From: Styela clava
Lineage: Eukaryota
Assembly (NCBI RefSeq): GCF_964204865.1
Contig: NC_135256.1
Coordinates: 13,206,001-13,270,000, forward strand
Direction: 5' to 3'
Length of the DNA stretch: 64,000 bases
Within the stretch, counting starts at the first letter, position 1. The number at the start of each line of letters is the position of its first letter. The notes under the pieces are model-generated. The model saw only the letters and a program-made list of their open reading frames with translations, did no database searches and was not told where the DNA came from. Both the position numbers and the translations under genes were made by a program. Shown piece after piece: positions 1 to 15,411 of the stretch.

Positions 1-2265
1 GGAAAGTTAATGCCATTAAATAAAGCTTAGTGGAATTAAATATCCTGGTTCAAAGTATCATATTGCAACGCCATCGAAATAAATCAAGTGTAAAAGACCA
101 TATTTGCTCGAGGTGAATTAGAGTATTAGCAAAAGGAATAAAAATGACAAAAATAAAAGAATAATATTAAGTAATTTTGTTCCCAATCGAAATTAGGAAT
201 TTCTCGCATAGAAATAGAAAATGGTCATCGACTATGATCATCGATTACGTAACACAATTCTGGAAACAACACATTACATCGATGCATTACACTATCTGCT
301 TTGTGTGGCGTTAAAGTTTAGGGAGGATGCTTCTCCCCTTTAGTGAGTATAAAGTGCAATTTTTGAATGTTTAATTCAACTACTTAGTTTGAAGAATGCG
401 ATCACAAGCTATGGATGGTGGAATTGTTTGTTATTATTGTGAAAATTTTGTTCAAAATTTTTCTATTTATAATGTTTGTTTTTTGCTGAGGTATCGTTTT
501 CAATATCTTAAGACGTGACGACAGATTATAAACAAAAAAGTTCTGACTTTTTCCGTGTTTTTAGCACTTTTGTAGTCATATAAATAATTTTACTCAGAAA
601 GCGACTACACGTTATAACACGAGTAAATATACCCACGAGCTCTTGTTATTGTTCAGGTCCAGTATTTTTGCCGCCTGGCTGCCGCCGAACAATGTTTTTT
701 ACCATTCCATTCCCTCCCTCCTTCGATACGACAAAGATTTACTTTAGCGGACGCGTGAGAACAGAAATAGAACGGTTATATTAACTCTATCTTCGCATAG
801 AAACACAAAAACCTTTATGTTTTAAAAGAGAGAAGATAAAGAAGTGCGCAAGAGATAACTTGGTTAAGGCAGATAGCTAAGACATGAGTGTCTTGCTCCG
901 CCGTTAGTGGGCCAACGATTATAAATGTCCGACTGAATTGTAATAAAGAAACAAATAAATAAATGAGTTAAAAAAGCTTAACTGATTTTGTAAACGTTTG
1001 CGGCACACGCTTGATTATATGCCATTTTGAATTCGCACCAAGCATGCCGTTGCATTTATATATAAATGGCCAATTCTTCGTGTTTTAAACTTGAAGCTCA
1101 CGTCAAAAGAAACGCTTCGCCAAATACTCGTCATACAGACGCCTTCTTTCTTGTGATTTCTCGTACAATTTTGTTAGCAAACACTAACGTACTACAAAGT
1201 TGGTAAATAAACGGTATTATACCAAGAACTAACATATGGGAGAGTGTGCTCTGTGCTGTATAAAACATTTAGATTCGGAGAAAATTGGCACGCCCTCTTA
1301 GAAGTATCTGAACCGTGCAAAGCGGGCTAGACGCTAAGACGCGAATGTTCTTATGCCCGAATTAAGAGACTAACGCCGTGCCTTCACACTCAGCTGACAA
1401 CCGCTGTTGCAAGCTCATGAAGACTCCATCCATTATGCTACGTATTATAATATGTGCTGACCAATATCTATCGATATTTATATACTGTATATATATTTAT
1501 GTGATTGTAATTCTATTCGATAGGTTGGATTTTGCGACTCTCAGTTCACCACAATTTATTTGAATACGCAAACCCGAAGTATTTTTTACTATACAGATGC
1601 AACAATTATCAAAATCGTTTTTATTTTATAAGCCTCTGACTTGTGTAAAAAATTATGATATTATGCGGTCGCTGGGAGCATGATTTGTAGAGACAATCAA
1701 GGAAATTATTACCAATTGTCAGACTTGACTTAATTAATATGCCTTATATACATCACAGAACACGACAAAAATATAGGAAGAAATAGAAATCAATATTTCC
1801 AGAAATTATCACCAAAATGGAAAGAAAAATGATATGCTGTCGAAAAGCCACCTAATTGAGGCTCCATTGAATCTAATTACTGGATAATCACATAAAATTC
1901 ACAGATATGTTGAACAGTGTGAGTCCGTAATTTATTTCTAAATCGAAGTCAAAACACCAACATTTGTCATGTAAATATAACCCACAGCAATCAACCGTGT
2001 ACTTTGAACCTATTTTGACAGTCGAAGTGGGTTCAAGAGTTTTGGGGGTAAATTAAGACCGAATGCTTCTTGAGTGGGGTACATCCGGTGACGTCAATCA
2101 TCAATCAATTGGGCAGGTGAGCCGTGCTTAAGTTGGAGATAATCCAGAGGAATTTGACTTTGAGTAAATAAGTTGTCCAAGAATAGAATAATGAGCTAAA
2201 ACGCTAATGTTTTTTGCAGAATTATGTTTGTTCAAACATGAGCGTGATGTTTAAAATCGGTCGGA

Positions 2266-2323
2266 TTATATTACATATTACACATTATATTATATTATTA
2301 CATTACACATTATATTACACATA
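2266..2323. repeat. Degenerate ATATTAC(AC)-type microsatellite
   Basis: Repeated attat/attacac units. Confidence 0.7.
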
Positions 2324-5300
2324 CAACTGAATTTACAACATTTTGCTAATGTATAAAATGTATATGTCGTTTTTTTTTTCTTTTTGGTTTCTTCTTTTCG
2401 ACAAACCATTCTTCATATACATTTGTATTGTATGTTTTGAGTAAGTCCAGGAGAAAAGCACCAATGCAATTGTATAGATAAAATTCTAGCGAATAAGATA
2501 GAGTCTGATTTGTGGCAATTAAAATTATATTCAAAAAATCTAAGCCTTGAGACTTTGACTACTTAACACGTACGATATTTGAAAATGAATCAGGGAAAAA
2601 AAAAATACAAATAATATTCTGTAGCGGTGAATAGCTTCGATAACTGGGTGTAGTACGTCCCAAAATCAGAGGAAGCGTCATAATTCGGACATCGGTGAAC
2701 GAATGAGAGTACAAAACGATTATTCTGATACATACGACGCCAGAGGTTATCTGAATAGCCAGATTGATTTGATATCACATCTTGACCTTTATCCCACTGT
2801 CGAGAATGTACTATTAAAAGCGAATCAAAACCACGCATGACTCACAGTTGTCTGAACCTTATTTCTCGACAAGACGAAAAAGTGTATTTTTATCAGCAAA
2901 TTTTGTGTATAGACGTCGTCTCCTGTTGATTTCCCATTTCTGTGTTCGTTTTATTATTATTTTTTATGATATCTCAAAAAGGAAATACCTTTTGGCGCCA
3001 AAGATAGACTAAATCTTATGTCAGGAATGCCATAGGATATTGTTTTCACATGTTATTTTGGGAGTCACATACATACTGAATGCATGTTAGTTAGGCATTT
3101 TCATATGCAAATATAACACTGGAATGTAAAATACACAATAACAACGTTGTGATTGTTATTGAGCAAGATATTGTGTTTCGGTTGCAAAAAAAAAAGTACA
3201 AGACATAAGTTACGCTTGTTCCTATGAATACAATATGCGTGATGCCGTTGAGTCTTATACCAACGAGTCTCTTGAAAAATAATAATTTGATATCATTTGT
3301 TTCAACTGCAATGATAAAAAAAATAGTTTTCACGAAAAATGCTCCAATTCTATTTTCCGTACTTTTTGCATGGAAATTGTAAAATTTCGCTATATCTTTG
3401 TGACATGATGGTTATATCTTCGTATTTTCATTACTTACGCTATATATGTTTTCCCAACTATAATTAACAAATTTGCAACTAGTTCGTATCGCATCTAGTA
3501 TAATATTTTACTTAGTCACATCAGAAAGCAATACTACGATTGGGGTTTTCAAATGCGCTTGTTTGGCAATTACTCACCGTGTCGGTAAAACGTTGGCATG
3601 AAACTCTCTGCTCTTTCTTTTTGATGTGTGACGCAAATTGAGGTTTAATTACTTCCTGAGTCTTTGTGGACAAACCTACGTCAGGTGCTCTATTGAGACC
3701 TTGCACGAAATAGCAGCGTGACTACTTTATGCTTTGTTGCTGACATATGATGGAGCAAAGAATTAGGAGTTGATATTCTCACCACTGCCTTTATTGTGTA
3801 TTCATAAAGACAGAGTTTACTCACAAATAAGTAGTTTGTAAAGCTAAATAATAATAACCCTCTCGTGCGTAGAAGCATTTATTAATCCGATTGCTTTCCT
3901 ATTGTCAATTATCGGGTCAACTTTCTAAAATAACTTGATCTATTTCAAACCAGATCTTTGAGTATAACTAAAGTGTTGTATTGCTTCGGGTAAGCTAGAT
4001 TTTGAATTGGTTCATCAACCATTTTTTTGAAAATCGATCGAGTAACCAACTGTGACACGAGTCCTAAGTTGATTAACGTCACTCAATTAATTAGACTATT
4101 TCATCATTTGAGCCCATTTCACAACTTCAAATAAACATCCGATTATTTCCAAAAAAGCAGATTTACTCCCCTGCAAAACGCGTTCCAGGTCAACCTTTAA
4201 ATGTCTACAGATAGAAATCTTCTACGTGAGTTCATCTCTTTTTTGTTCGCGAACAAATAAAAGAAACAATTAAAAAACAGCTTGCACCTGCAATCTAAAC
4301 TTAAATCGGTGCAGTTTTGAGTTTAAAACCCTTTTTTATGTTGATATCTGCACACAAAGCAAAGATTTTTCGCTCCCACGCATTTGCAATAATGTCACGA
4401 AAGTTCCACCTCTGCCTTTCCCATATTCCACCCCTCATTGAAAATCAAAAATAAGTAAGAAAAAAATGTTCAGGAAGTTTTTGGACTTTAGTCATAAGTA
4501 ATAATTTTGAACAGGTTAGGTTAAAAACTTCCTGAATGGTTGGCAAATTGGCTTCGCAGTTTGAATGAATTGCACGATCAAAAATGGTGTTATCATCGGA
4601 CCACCTTTGCTGTGAGTAACTGGGTAGTCATTCAAATTTAAATTTGTCATAAATTTCTGGGAATTCGCCCGGAATAAATTATTGTTGGCAATGGGCGACA
4701 CGACATAATGCACTCAGTTACATTAGGAGAAAGCAAATGGAGGCTCCGCGTTTGTGGAATTAGCTTGGTGGCTCATCACGTCATTGAGCGATCAACACAG
4801 GGTCAAATGAACTCTGCAAAGTTAAATTACCTTTGCAACGCATAGAAACGATGTTTCATATTTATGCTACATCATCTGACACAAAAAAAAATAACATGTC
4901 CGATAGCGCAGTACATGTTCGTAAGCAAAATTAACTTTTTGATCCACTCAAACAGGCCTATAAATCAATTGAATACCATACCATAGAATCCTTCATCTCT
5001 CACGATCTTTTGCTCCCTGAAAGCCTTTCGTTCTAATTCTTTTTCTCCATCAACGCAGATACATATAATGGTGTTAATTTGTTGGACATATTTGCAATCA
5101 AGACAAGCGCTTTTGTAAATTTGATTCAATATCCATTAAGAGTTTAAACCTGTGACAGGCACGGAGCCCAACATTGGGGAATCGTTACACGCGCGGGGAC
5201 GCGATCCACTTATGTCATCATTGCAACATGAACATTTTCCTGTACAGTTACCTATAATGATGTATCTGAAATTTCAATTTCCTGTTATTTTCGCTTGTTC

Positions 5301-8300
5301 TCAATTGTATTCAATTGTTCTCAATTCGCAGTCGCATTCGCACATGTACGTACAAATGTGTGATGGTAAAAACATCCTTTGCTCTAATTATACATGATCG
5401 CTAAAATCAATTTCCTTGCGTTAACACTCTCTATCAGTGTAATGCTTAATTACTTTCACGATATATATCGATTAATTAGATTGGACCAATAGCCATCATC
5501 TATGGAGGCAGCAATTCTGATGACGAATGAGAGGGACCGAGTACGCATACCCATTTCTAATGAATTGTATCTGCAATAGTGAATGATGCTCCAATTTCAC
5601 GGTGTCTTATTATTTATTCGATATCTCAACAAATTTAAATGATAAAAATGAACTCGAGCGAAAATCCGCTCGAAGGTACGACGTCGAAAAAAAATTGTAC
5701 CTGGTATTTGTATTCATGTTTGTACAATAGAACAAACAATTGAGCAAGATAACTAACAATGTTATTTTCAATTTCGCCTCGTTTGACAATTTATTTTCTC
5801 CGATCATCAAAATTGGAATCTGTGGCTTGTAATCGTTTCCGAGAACATCATTTATCGAGTTGTTGACCTGAATTTGATGTCACGACTTTAGTGTCTATCA
5901 ATTTATAGTAAATCAAGTATGATTTGATGATAAAGCATTCAACGATACATAAATTATCTATTATTCATGCCTAACATGCTATAACATTACTTTTGCATAC
6001 TCGAATAAAATAGTTTGCTAATCCTGCAAAATTGGACAAGGTTCTTTTGATTGAATATGTAGAAATGTATTTTGAAAATGAGGAATTGAAGGTTTTTTTT
6101 TTGTCATTTCATCTCATTTTTATTCTTTATTGCACCTCAGGTTAGCAGTTTTGTGAAAAACTACGTGCCAACAAATAGTAAAATTGCATTTGAATGCAGT
6201 CATGATTTGCGCAGATTATACAATGCGAAACAAAGCGATCATCTGTTATAAATGTCTTTAGCTCGCGGGTCGAATTATGCTGACGTTGCTGATTGCCTAG
6301 TAATTCAGTTCTTTGTACAACCCAAGTTCATCACAACACAAAAGGTGCAAGTTGTCAAATTTGGATTTCCCAAAAGCCTTATTGTACTGACCTATTTACA
6401 TCCAGTCTTCGAAAGGAAGACGAGCTGTGGTATGCGATCTCCGCGGTTGTGCGGTCTCAGTGTTTTTAGTTAGGGTTAGGAACTTGATTGTTTTAGAATG
6501 TCATTATGCGATTGAGATTACGTGAAGCAAGTGTGGCATGAAAAAATTGCTATGCAAAAACTCCCGAAAGCACGTCAGTGTTTTTCATCGTTTCGGTGTA
6601 TGATACAACATTTTTTCTTCAACAATTTTCTTCACTTCACTATGAGCGAAAATATTGAGACACACCCTATTCGACGATACCGTGCTAAATATTAACAACT
6701 TCGTACTAATTACAACATTTGACATAAGAGCTTACTTCACGTTGGCATTTGCCGATATAGTTCGCAATATGTATAAAATTGACACGGATTTTATACTGAA
6801 GTAAAGTAAGTCTTGTAATACGGAATTTCAATGTATTACACTAAATCACGAGGTGAGAAATTGTTTTCATATTTTTCGGCACTCACGCCCAAGGCATGAA
6901 TTTGGATTCAGACCACACAACACAATTATGGATTTTGTGGTTTTGAGCGATTTAGCGTGAATATAGGCGACTGTACAATCTAAAAATCGCTTGTTTTGAA
7001 AATGGGATTAATTTTTACATCGGTTACTAAATTTGGACAAACATCTCTCAAATTTTAATCACATTTAATCTTCGTTTTATTACTCTCCTCTAGGAAACCA
7101 GAAGAAGTGGATAAATTGTTCGATCTAGCGTGCATATCAATTCCAAATTTACTCGTCATTCCAACATGGATCATCTTTGATAAAATTTTAATCTGGCTAG
7201 ACTCAAAGGTTAGATATTGTCACCGACAAGCCACTAATCACTGATAAACTTATCCTTTGTTTTGGCAACGAATGACGTACTTTCCGAAATTACTTTATTA
7301 AGTGAATATGTGATCGACCTTTGCATTATAATGGCAAACAAATTTGAACTTTTATCTTTTATACAACAATAAAACCCATGTAGCATAGATTTTGTCAGAT
7401 AAACTTTTGTTGCCACTATTAAGATATTTTGTCGTATAGATTTTTCCCACTCGCCGTCGGGTGTTTCCAGATGGTTCACGATAATGAATATCTTAATGGA
7501 CCAAATAATTGTTTACATAATACCATTTCTGCTCTATTTGTGAGCATGTTCAAAACATATTGAGATATAATTGAAGATGACAACAGTTTTTGTCCAAATA
7601 GATCAATGGATGTAGTGCTTGTGTATTTTTAGCATTAAATTTAATAGAAGGCCATAGAAGGTTAAAACCGTCGGGTTCAAATGAAATACCCCCCACTTCA
7701 CCGTTAAGGTGTAATAGATTGAGTAACCGGAGAGATTTTGGACATCCCCACCTATAGTAATTTCCTTACCTATATGGCGTATTAGACGTCGTACAAAAAT
7801 GTCTATTGCAATTTGTCATTTAAATGGTTTTAAATTTAAAACATCGAACTAGGCAAATAGCGACGTTGCCAAGGCGGAATGAAGAAGCTTGAACTTATGA
7901 ATCAGATACTTCACTATTAGGGTTAAAAGTACAGACTTATTCTCTTCATGACGAGACTTCCGATGATTCCAAAGCTTCGTGGTTACTTTACGTAATGCAT
8001 GTTTCAACTATACATCGGCTTTGTTGCATAAGAAGTGGCAACCGTGTGTTTTCTATATACGTATTTAAGGATGTAAGTGTTTGTATTGGGTGAACAACAA
8101 GAGAAGGAGAAAGGAATAACAGGTTTCGTTGCATGATAATGATCGGCACAACAGAATTTGATGATTAAGAAAACATGAGCAGGTCAACAAAATTTGTATA
8201 AATGTCCCTATAGTACTAGACTGCCGATTGAGTCCATTGTTTGTTATTAGAATTGGTACTTCACGACCACAGTATATAACGTAATATATGGAAGAGTGAG

Positions 8301-9109
8301 AATGCGCAACTTGTTTTTAATGACTATGTTCACACGTAGTATGATGGATATATGAATATATTTAATGAATAAATTCACTTTTTGTCCTAATAAAATAAAA
8401 GTATTTTACTAATTTTGACTTAGTACATAAACCAAAAAATATTCGCCGGTACGAGACTGCATGTTACGATGTACATACTGATACTGTCTAATTGTAGTAA
8501 TTTCTTTGGGTTGCTGGTATGGTTCGATAATCCCTAACTTTTCTTTTTATATTGACGTGTTTATATTTCGATAATTGTTCAAATTCTTTCTTTTGTTCGG
8601 GTTTAATTCTTATTTGTCTTCATTTTCATAATTACAGTTATTGCCCGGCTGCTTGAAAACCAAGGTTACTGGCGAATATGCCATCTTGCTAAAAAAAAAT
8701 TTAATTCATTTTCTCGTGTATAAAAGTTTTATTATCTCTATCAATTACCTTCTTATGAACTCATGTCAAGGCACACGAGCCCGTCAGGTTCATCTAAACT
8801 TTATACCACGAAGGCGACTTTTCCTTGCATGATATGTTACTTTCAAATGACATGACTATATTGAAATGCATGACTTCATCTATTGAATTGATTTGATGCA
8901 CATCATTCATGCCTCTGATACATATTATGTCCCATTCAAAGGCCAGAACTGCCAGGTGATTAATAGAATCAGCTGAGATGACGTCACACGCCATGAGGTG
9001 ACACAAAAGTTAGCTAATGGCAATCGGGTTCAATTTTAAATAATCTGTGCACGATTTTGCGATGCAATAAATCAAATTTGGTAGCCAAAAGTAGATTTTA
9101 TATATTACG

Positions 9110-9409
9110 TTATTCATCCCGGCGAGGAGAAAGCCGATAAGACGACCTAATTATATGGCGAACTACGGCCTCTCGCCCTGTAACCAGTCCATGTCGGATA
9201 TAGGATTAGTCAGCCAGTCACTTTGTTTTCAGATGCATGGACTTGATGGGGAAGGAAACCGTACCGACCAGCGGTGAGGAGTACAACAATCCTATCACAA
9301 ATAATTACCCCAAACGGGATTCGAACATGCGAATACACGCACGGTTATCAGAGGTGCTGTGACAAGCGTTATTTCTAACACTTATCACGATGTTCCACAC
9401 CGCCGAGCC
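9110..9409 (-). mobile_element. tRNA-derived SINE (same family)
   Basis: Reverse-complement match to 37615-37890, including the B box GTTCGAATCCC. Confidence 0.75.
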
Positions 9410-12400
9410 AAACATCATTGATGACCCGGAAATGAGATCGGAGTCACTTTTTAAATGGAGTCGGGCCTATTTCAGCTTTTGTAAAGCGAATGGGTAATTT
9501 GACAATTCTATTCCGGGTTGTGAAAGCTTCGTAATCCACGAAATCAAATTTTAATAACAAAAGCTTTAGTGTATGCAAGCCTCATTTAATGGACTTTTGA
9601 GAACCCTTTGTAAACTCCATGCTTTTTGAGTTTCTTTAAAAAATATTTGGACTTTATCACCATTGGAAGTACGAGATTCTGACTCCTGATTCCGGGGAAC
9701 TTTTGTTCTACAAGCCACTACAGATATGGCGCACATGTTCATGTTGTCATAGAGGTCGTTTTCTTTGGAACTACTTCAACTGGTCGCCTATATTTATTTC
9801 ATACATGACTGATCGCATGTTTATTGCCTGCAATTTGCGTTCAGTAATACGTACTTTTTAGATTAACTTTTCCGGAAATAAGCACGAAACTTCTTTTTCA
9901 ACTCTAATTTCGATGAAATGAACGTGCTGAACGGCTTGATTTGGTTTGAGTCAACACTCATTATATAAAATTACTACCATTATGTTGAGTAGGTAGTCAT
10001 TTTGGCTTTAGGTTAAATTTATTCGTCTGAATGATTAACTTGGAAGTGTGTCGGACGTGACATCTGTCGCGAATATGCATTTCCTCAAACTATTATGGCA
10101 TAAGTAAACACAATCGAAACATGTTCTGTTGGATATGCCACGCAATATAATATTTGATTGACAGATTATGGTGAACCTCTATCGCTTTCCCAACAAAAAA
10201 ATGTTCGTTACTTATTCGCTTTTACTTTTACAATTTTTTATAGCAGAATCACTAAAGGAGTAAAATGTGTTTGATGTGTGACGTGAAAGCATTGCGCAAC
10301 AGCAGTTGCTTCACTTGCTTGTTCGGATACTTGCCTCTTGTCACGTCTATATTAGCATTCGTCACTTCCAAGAATGTAAATCGAATGAAAAGCTTGATCC
10401 AGCACTTCCGTGACCAGGTCATGAGTAAATCCTGCCAAACGTCACAGTGAATTGATGATCTATTTTTTTTTAGTATTAATCGTGATGAAAGATTGATACT
10501 ACTTCAGGTATAACAGCTATCTGTATAAGTACTTGACGTTGTTTTAACTAGATCAACATGGATGACGTGACGTTCATCTAGTACAAGAACGACGTCACAC
10601 TTGTAAATTTTTCGGAATAAATATTGATCTTCTGTCTCGTACTACCATATATGGTCAATGAAGTTTCTGATACCTACATCTGAGCTCCGGCTCCGTGTGG
10701 GATGTAGGTTATAGATTGAATCCTATTGAGCAGTATACTACTAAACACCAATGACAGTTTCAAAAAGTCATCTTGCTCAAGACCCAAAACTCAAATTCTA
10801 ATGCATTGAGCGTTCTCGCAAATCGTGAGCGATCATAAGAGTACAAGCCATATTGGGAAACCATGCTGTAGACCATTTTGATTTGATTCCGCCCACTCGT
10901 ATAGTAGGCTACGTGATACGGCATGTACTTTCCCAGAAAAAGAGAGAGCGTTATTTCGAAATATTCTACTGACGTGTAAAGTTGATGACGTATCCATGTG
11001 AATGGGTTTCGAGAAGTGGCAACGCAGTAGTTTGTACTTGTGTGTATTCACGTTCACAAAGCCGTGGTTTTTATTGGGAAGAATCCGTATTGTACTGTGA
11101 ACGTTAACTTTTTTCTTTGTGCGTTCTAAAAGTATGAGACCTATTTGTATCAAACGGATAAAATACAATAGGTCAACTTCGACAACTGACATAATACATG
11201 ATTTTCAGGAATTGCTATATATATCATTCTGTATGTTCCTGAACTAGGGTCTATTACCTTGGACCCTTGGATACTCTAAAAAGTAGGACTGATTCCATAT
11301 CATGGATCTTGGATTGTATAACATTTGCAAAACTTATTAAACACTGATTTTGCATATAGAAATAACGCCCACTCGCATCTGGGTAAATGGTTATGCAAAC
11401 GCATTTACAAAGCTCGGCCATCGCGCTTACGAGGGCTTCGGTATACTAATTATTTTTAAGCTCATGTAAAATTTATCAGTGCCCACAGCTATTAGAATAA
11501 GTATTACTTTCATCTTATTCGCGTTGGGGCGGCCGGAAAAATGAGACGAACTCGGTGTGTTCGCGAAACCAGCGTGACTCTGTTTATCTCACGATCAAGA
11601 TCATTTTTCCAGTATTTCTCCCACGTAGGCCAATATTTGTCCTATGCTTGGTGAGGCTTAGTGTTAATTATCGAGCGAAAAATTCATATGAATAATGCAA
11701 TCGCAAACAGTGCAATTTTTCAAATCATTTCGTTCGGGTGGAATGGTTGACGGTGCATTTTTATTTCTTTATGAAAATTTTGTCTATGTTGCATTGCATA
11801 CACTTATAAGCAGATGAATTACCAAATGCAAGCTTGCATGATTTATAAACGCAGGTCACAAACTTGAAAACTGTCGTTGACAGCAATATAGGTTCCCGCA
11901 TAACCAGTCAAATATATTGTTATGTGCCATGCAAATGACGGAAGGATACCTCACAATAAATGATATTGATATGAAATATTATATTGAGATCGCAGGTTAA
12001 AAAGATCCATGGGTCGAATCCATGTTGTTAGCCCCATCCAAGGTATATAAAATAAGATGTGATGTCCCGGAACGGAAAGATTTAAACTTTTTAAAAACAT
12101 AATAAGTTTCTGAAAATCAATGACTGAATTAAATCATAGCGAAGGCGAAAGCACATGATAAAAATAATGAATGTGTATGTCCGATTTTTAGTTTGTGGAT
12201 GGCGTGGGGCCAACTATTGTACACAACGGTGATTAGTTTGATTCCATAGGCATCACAGAGGTGATTCCCCCCTAAAAATCATGATTCGCTTAGTCGTAAC
12301 CATGCGTAGGGAAAAATACGAAATTTTCAATATTATACTTTATCTAACGAAATCGTCAAGCGGTCGAAAATTCTTACTAAGAATTGAAATACCTGGAATT

Positions 12401-15253
12401 TCGAAATAGCATCCGATATACGTATTCATAATATTGCAAATAGGGAAATCAGCTGACTTAGTATGTTTATAGATTATACACTCATTTCATCTGATTGATT
12501 GTGTTATTACAGGTCGGTGAGGTGAAGGTGTTCCCATTACCGCAGTTAATGTTCACGTTTATTCTAAGATTTAAATGTAAATCGCTACGGGGAACACTAT
12601 ATTGGTCACAAATGTCACGCGATTATTATTCAAATGTATTGTCATAACATGATATGATATTGATATGCCGGCCGGCATTTTCTGTTATTCAAAGAAACAA
12701 AAAATTGATGATTTATTTAAAATGGTTTTGCAATTTACAAGCGTCAATGCATGACGCATTGTGAAATTTCGCAATTTTACCTGATGGTAATCATTTCAAT
12801 TTAAAAAAAGTTTCTGGCATAACATGGGCCTGAGATAATGGCAGATAGCTCTAAATTAAAATGCAAATTCCAGCAATCAATTTTTCATATCTCAAATGTG
12901 AATGAAATATGCCTCAAGCTTATCCCGATGATAATCATTGTAATGAATTGGTTATTCATGTACTGCCCAGACATAATAGGCCATTAGAGTTTATTCAATA
13001 CAAGAATGCAAATAAGTCCAAATTAGTTGCATGGTTGCAAAACAAGATTGCATAGATATTAAATTCAGACTCTTTTCAGCAATATATATGGCACTTCAAT
13101 TTTTTGCTATATTTTCTATTTGAACATTTATATTCAAAATAGGCTTTAGTTATAATTTTCGCCTTTGCGTGTAATCGTTTGGCCTGTGTTGTATTTCAGT
13201 ATTTCAAGATGAATAAGAGTGACTGGGAATCAATTTTTAAAATGACTGGGCCTTGCAATTCCATGCACCCCTCTTCAAAACTATGGGTGACAAAACCTTG
13301 CTTCCTCCAACTACTTTATTGTACTCATAATATTTTTAATTTGGCATATGATGAATGAAAAAAGCTTTTCTCAATTCAAACTGAGCAGGAATTACTTGAG
13401 GTCAACATCGACAATTTACGAAAATAGATCAAACAACTTGACAGAAAACCGAGTTTTTATGACATATTGCTTCCCTAACACGCAACGCTCGTAAGATACT
13501 AATCGCATTTTATAGTTCGCAAAATAATAATGAAATGTAGAGATGAAATCATTTTCTATTACAAAATTTTTCATGTTCACCCAGACTAGGCCTCGTGCAA
13601 TTCGTTTCGCACAGAAATAAAATCAAACAAAGCGGCGCCCAAAGTGTTATGAGCAACTCACTGTCCCTTTTTAACCCAAATACATCACGTACAATGCATA
13701 AAGTGCATTTATCTATAAAATATAGCTTATCTTGTTTTTAATAATAATAAATATAGTGAATCGTGCATCTGCTATGAAAAATTATTCGGTATCCTAATCC
13801 AGTGACAAATCATACTTGGACCATGTCGGATACCGGAAAGTCCCGTCCTATCGTTATTACATGGAGACCTTGGGCGACTAAGCCTAATTTTATGTTGCTA
13901 GCATAGAACAGGAACCCACACAGTAGGGACTTTTACACTTCTTGTGAAGAACATGAAGTGTCGTAACCAGTCTGGTTACAGTTGTTGACATTGCGTAATG
14001 TCTACCGGCCGGGTTTACGCATTTTCAAACTGTTGAAATGTACGCACGTACAAAGCAAATGAAATGGAAACAAAGCGATCATAATGGTGTTTATTTAAAT
14101 AACGAATCATCATATAACTTATACCTTTGTGTGTATGTTTTCTCCTGGATTAGAAATGTACCTGTACCTCTTACCGACAAACAGGTAGGACGAGATTGAA
14201 TTTCGAATAACAAGGGCCATTATTTGCACAGCAAATTCACGTTAGACATGGGACCCCAATACCTTGTCGAAATTGTCCCCTCCTCCTGCTCGGATTGTTC
14301 AAATACACTTCGAAGAAACGAACATAAAATGCTCAATTCAGCCTAGTGCATGTCGCTGGAAGTGTTCCAGGAGATGTAATAAATATACAACCATACTTCG
14401 TATCCTAGCAATATAAATAAACTCATTTATAGACTATAAACACTATTTCTCATGACAAGACGCATCCAATTAAACAGGTCATGAATTTCATTGTTTATTT
14501 ACACTAAAGTCGAGTATGGACAATGAAAGAAGTCCATCATGAGTTTATTTCATCATTGGACCATGTTCTGTAACCATAGTAATGGTAACAATATGCCCAC
14601 CACAGCTGGCGTTATAATTAACTTTATTAATGGTTCGACGTAACAATCAGACAAGGAAGCGTTTCGCAATACTATGTTTCGCAATGTCTTCCCCACGCGA
14701 AAAAATGTCGTGTTGCGACAGAGTTGAAGTGGTAGTAGGAAGCGTCGAATTTATGAACCAAATATGAATCATCAAGGTTTTACATTTATGGCTCTTGTTA
14801 GTTCATAATGGAAGAAGTTTCAAAAGCGGAATTGCCCAATAGGAAGAATTTAAATGCAAGCATTCGTTACTTTAAAAAGAGGATCGAAACCAATTTATGA
14901 ATGTTTCAAATTTAACGGAATGGCTTTACCGTGAAAACGATTTCATAATCAAGCATACGAGACACAAAATTCCTATTATTGCGTGTTCGAGATTTCATGT
15001 TTTATGTCTGGTATATCCTTGATTCAAATTTGTTTTAGGTTTACAGAATTTCGCAATACGTTGGGAGGTATTCATCAGCGTTCCAAAATGTATTTTCGTC
15101 ATACCTCCACTTTCCCGACAAAGAGAATAGTCAGTCGGCGATTTCGCAACAATGAGCGTCATACCACATACCGGTGAGAGATGACATCCAAGATTGTCTT
15201 ATATGGTACAGGAAATCGAAGTAGGCTAGAAAAGGCCCGACCGAGGTGGTTTT

Positions 15254-15411
15254 TATTGCGAAATTGTGATTCCACGTCCTGAAAATAATTCTGGTGTTCG
15301 GCTTCAAATTAGTTATAATTTTGAGCATGTTTCTATTGCGAAATTGTGATTCCGCGACCAGAAAATAATTCTGATGTTTGGCTTTCATTAGTTATAATTT
15401 TGAACATTATT
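15254..15411. repeat. 80-bp diverged tandem duplication, 2 copies
   Basis: TATTGCGAAATTGTGATTCC...TTAGTTATAATTTTGA at 15254 and 15334. Confidence 0.85.
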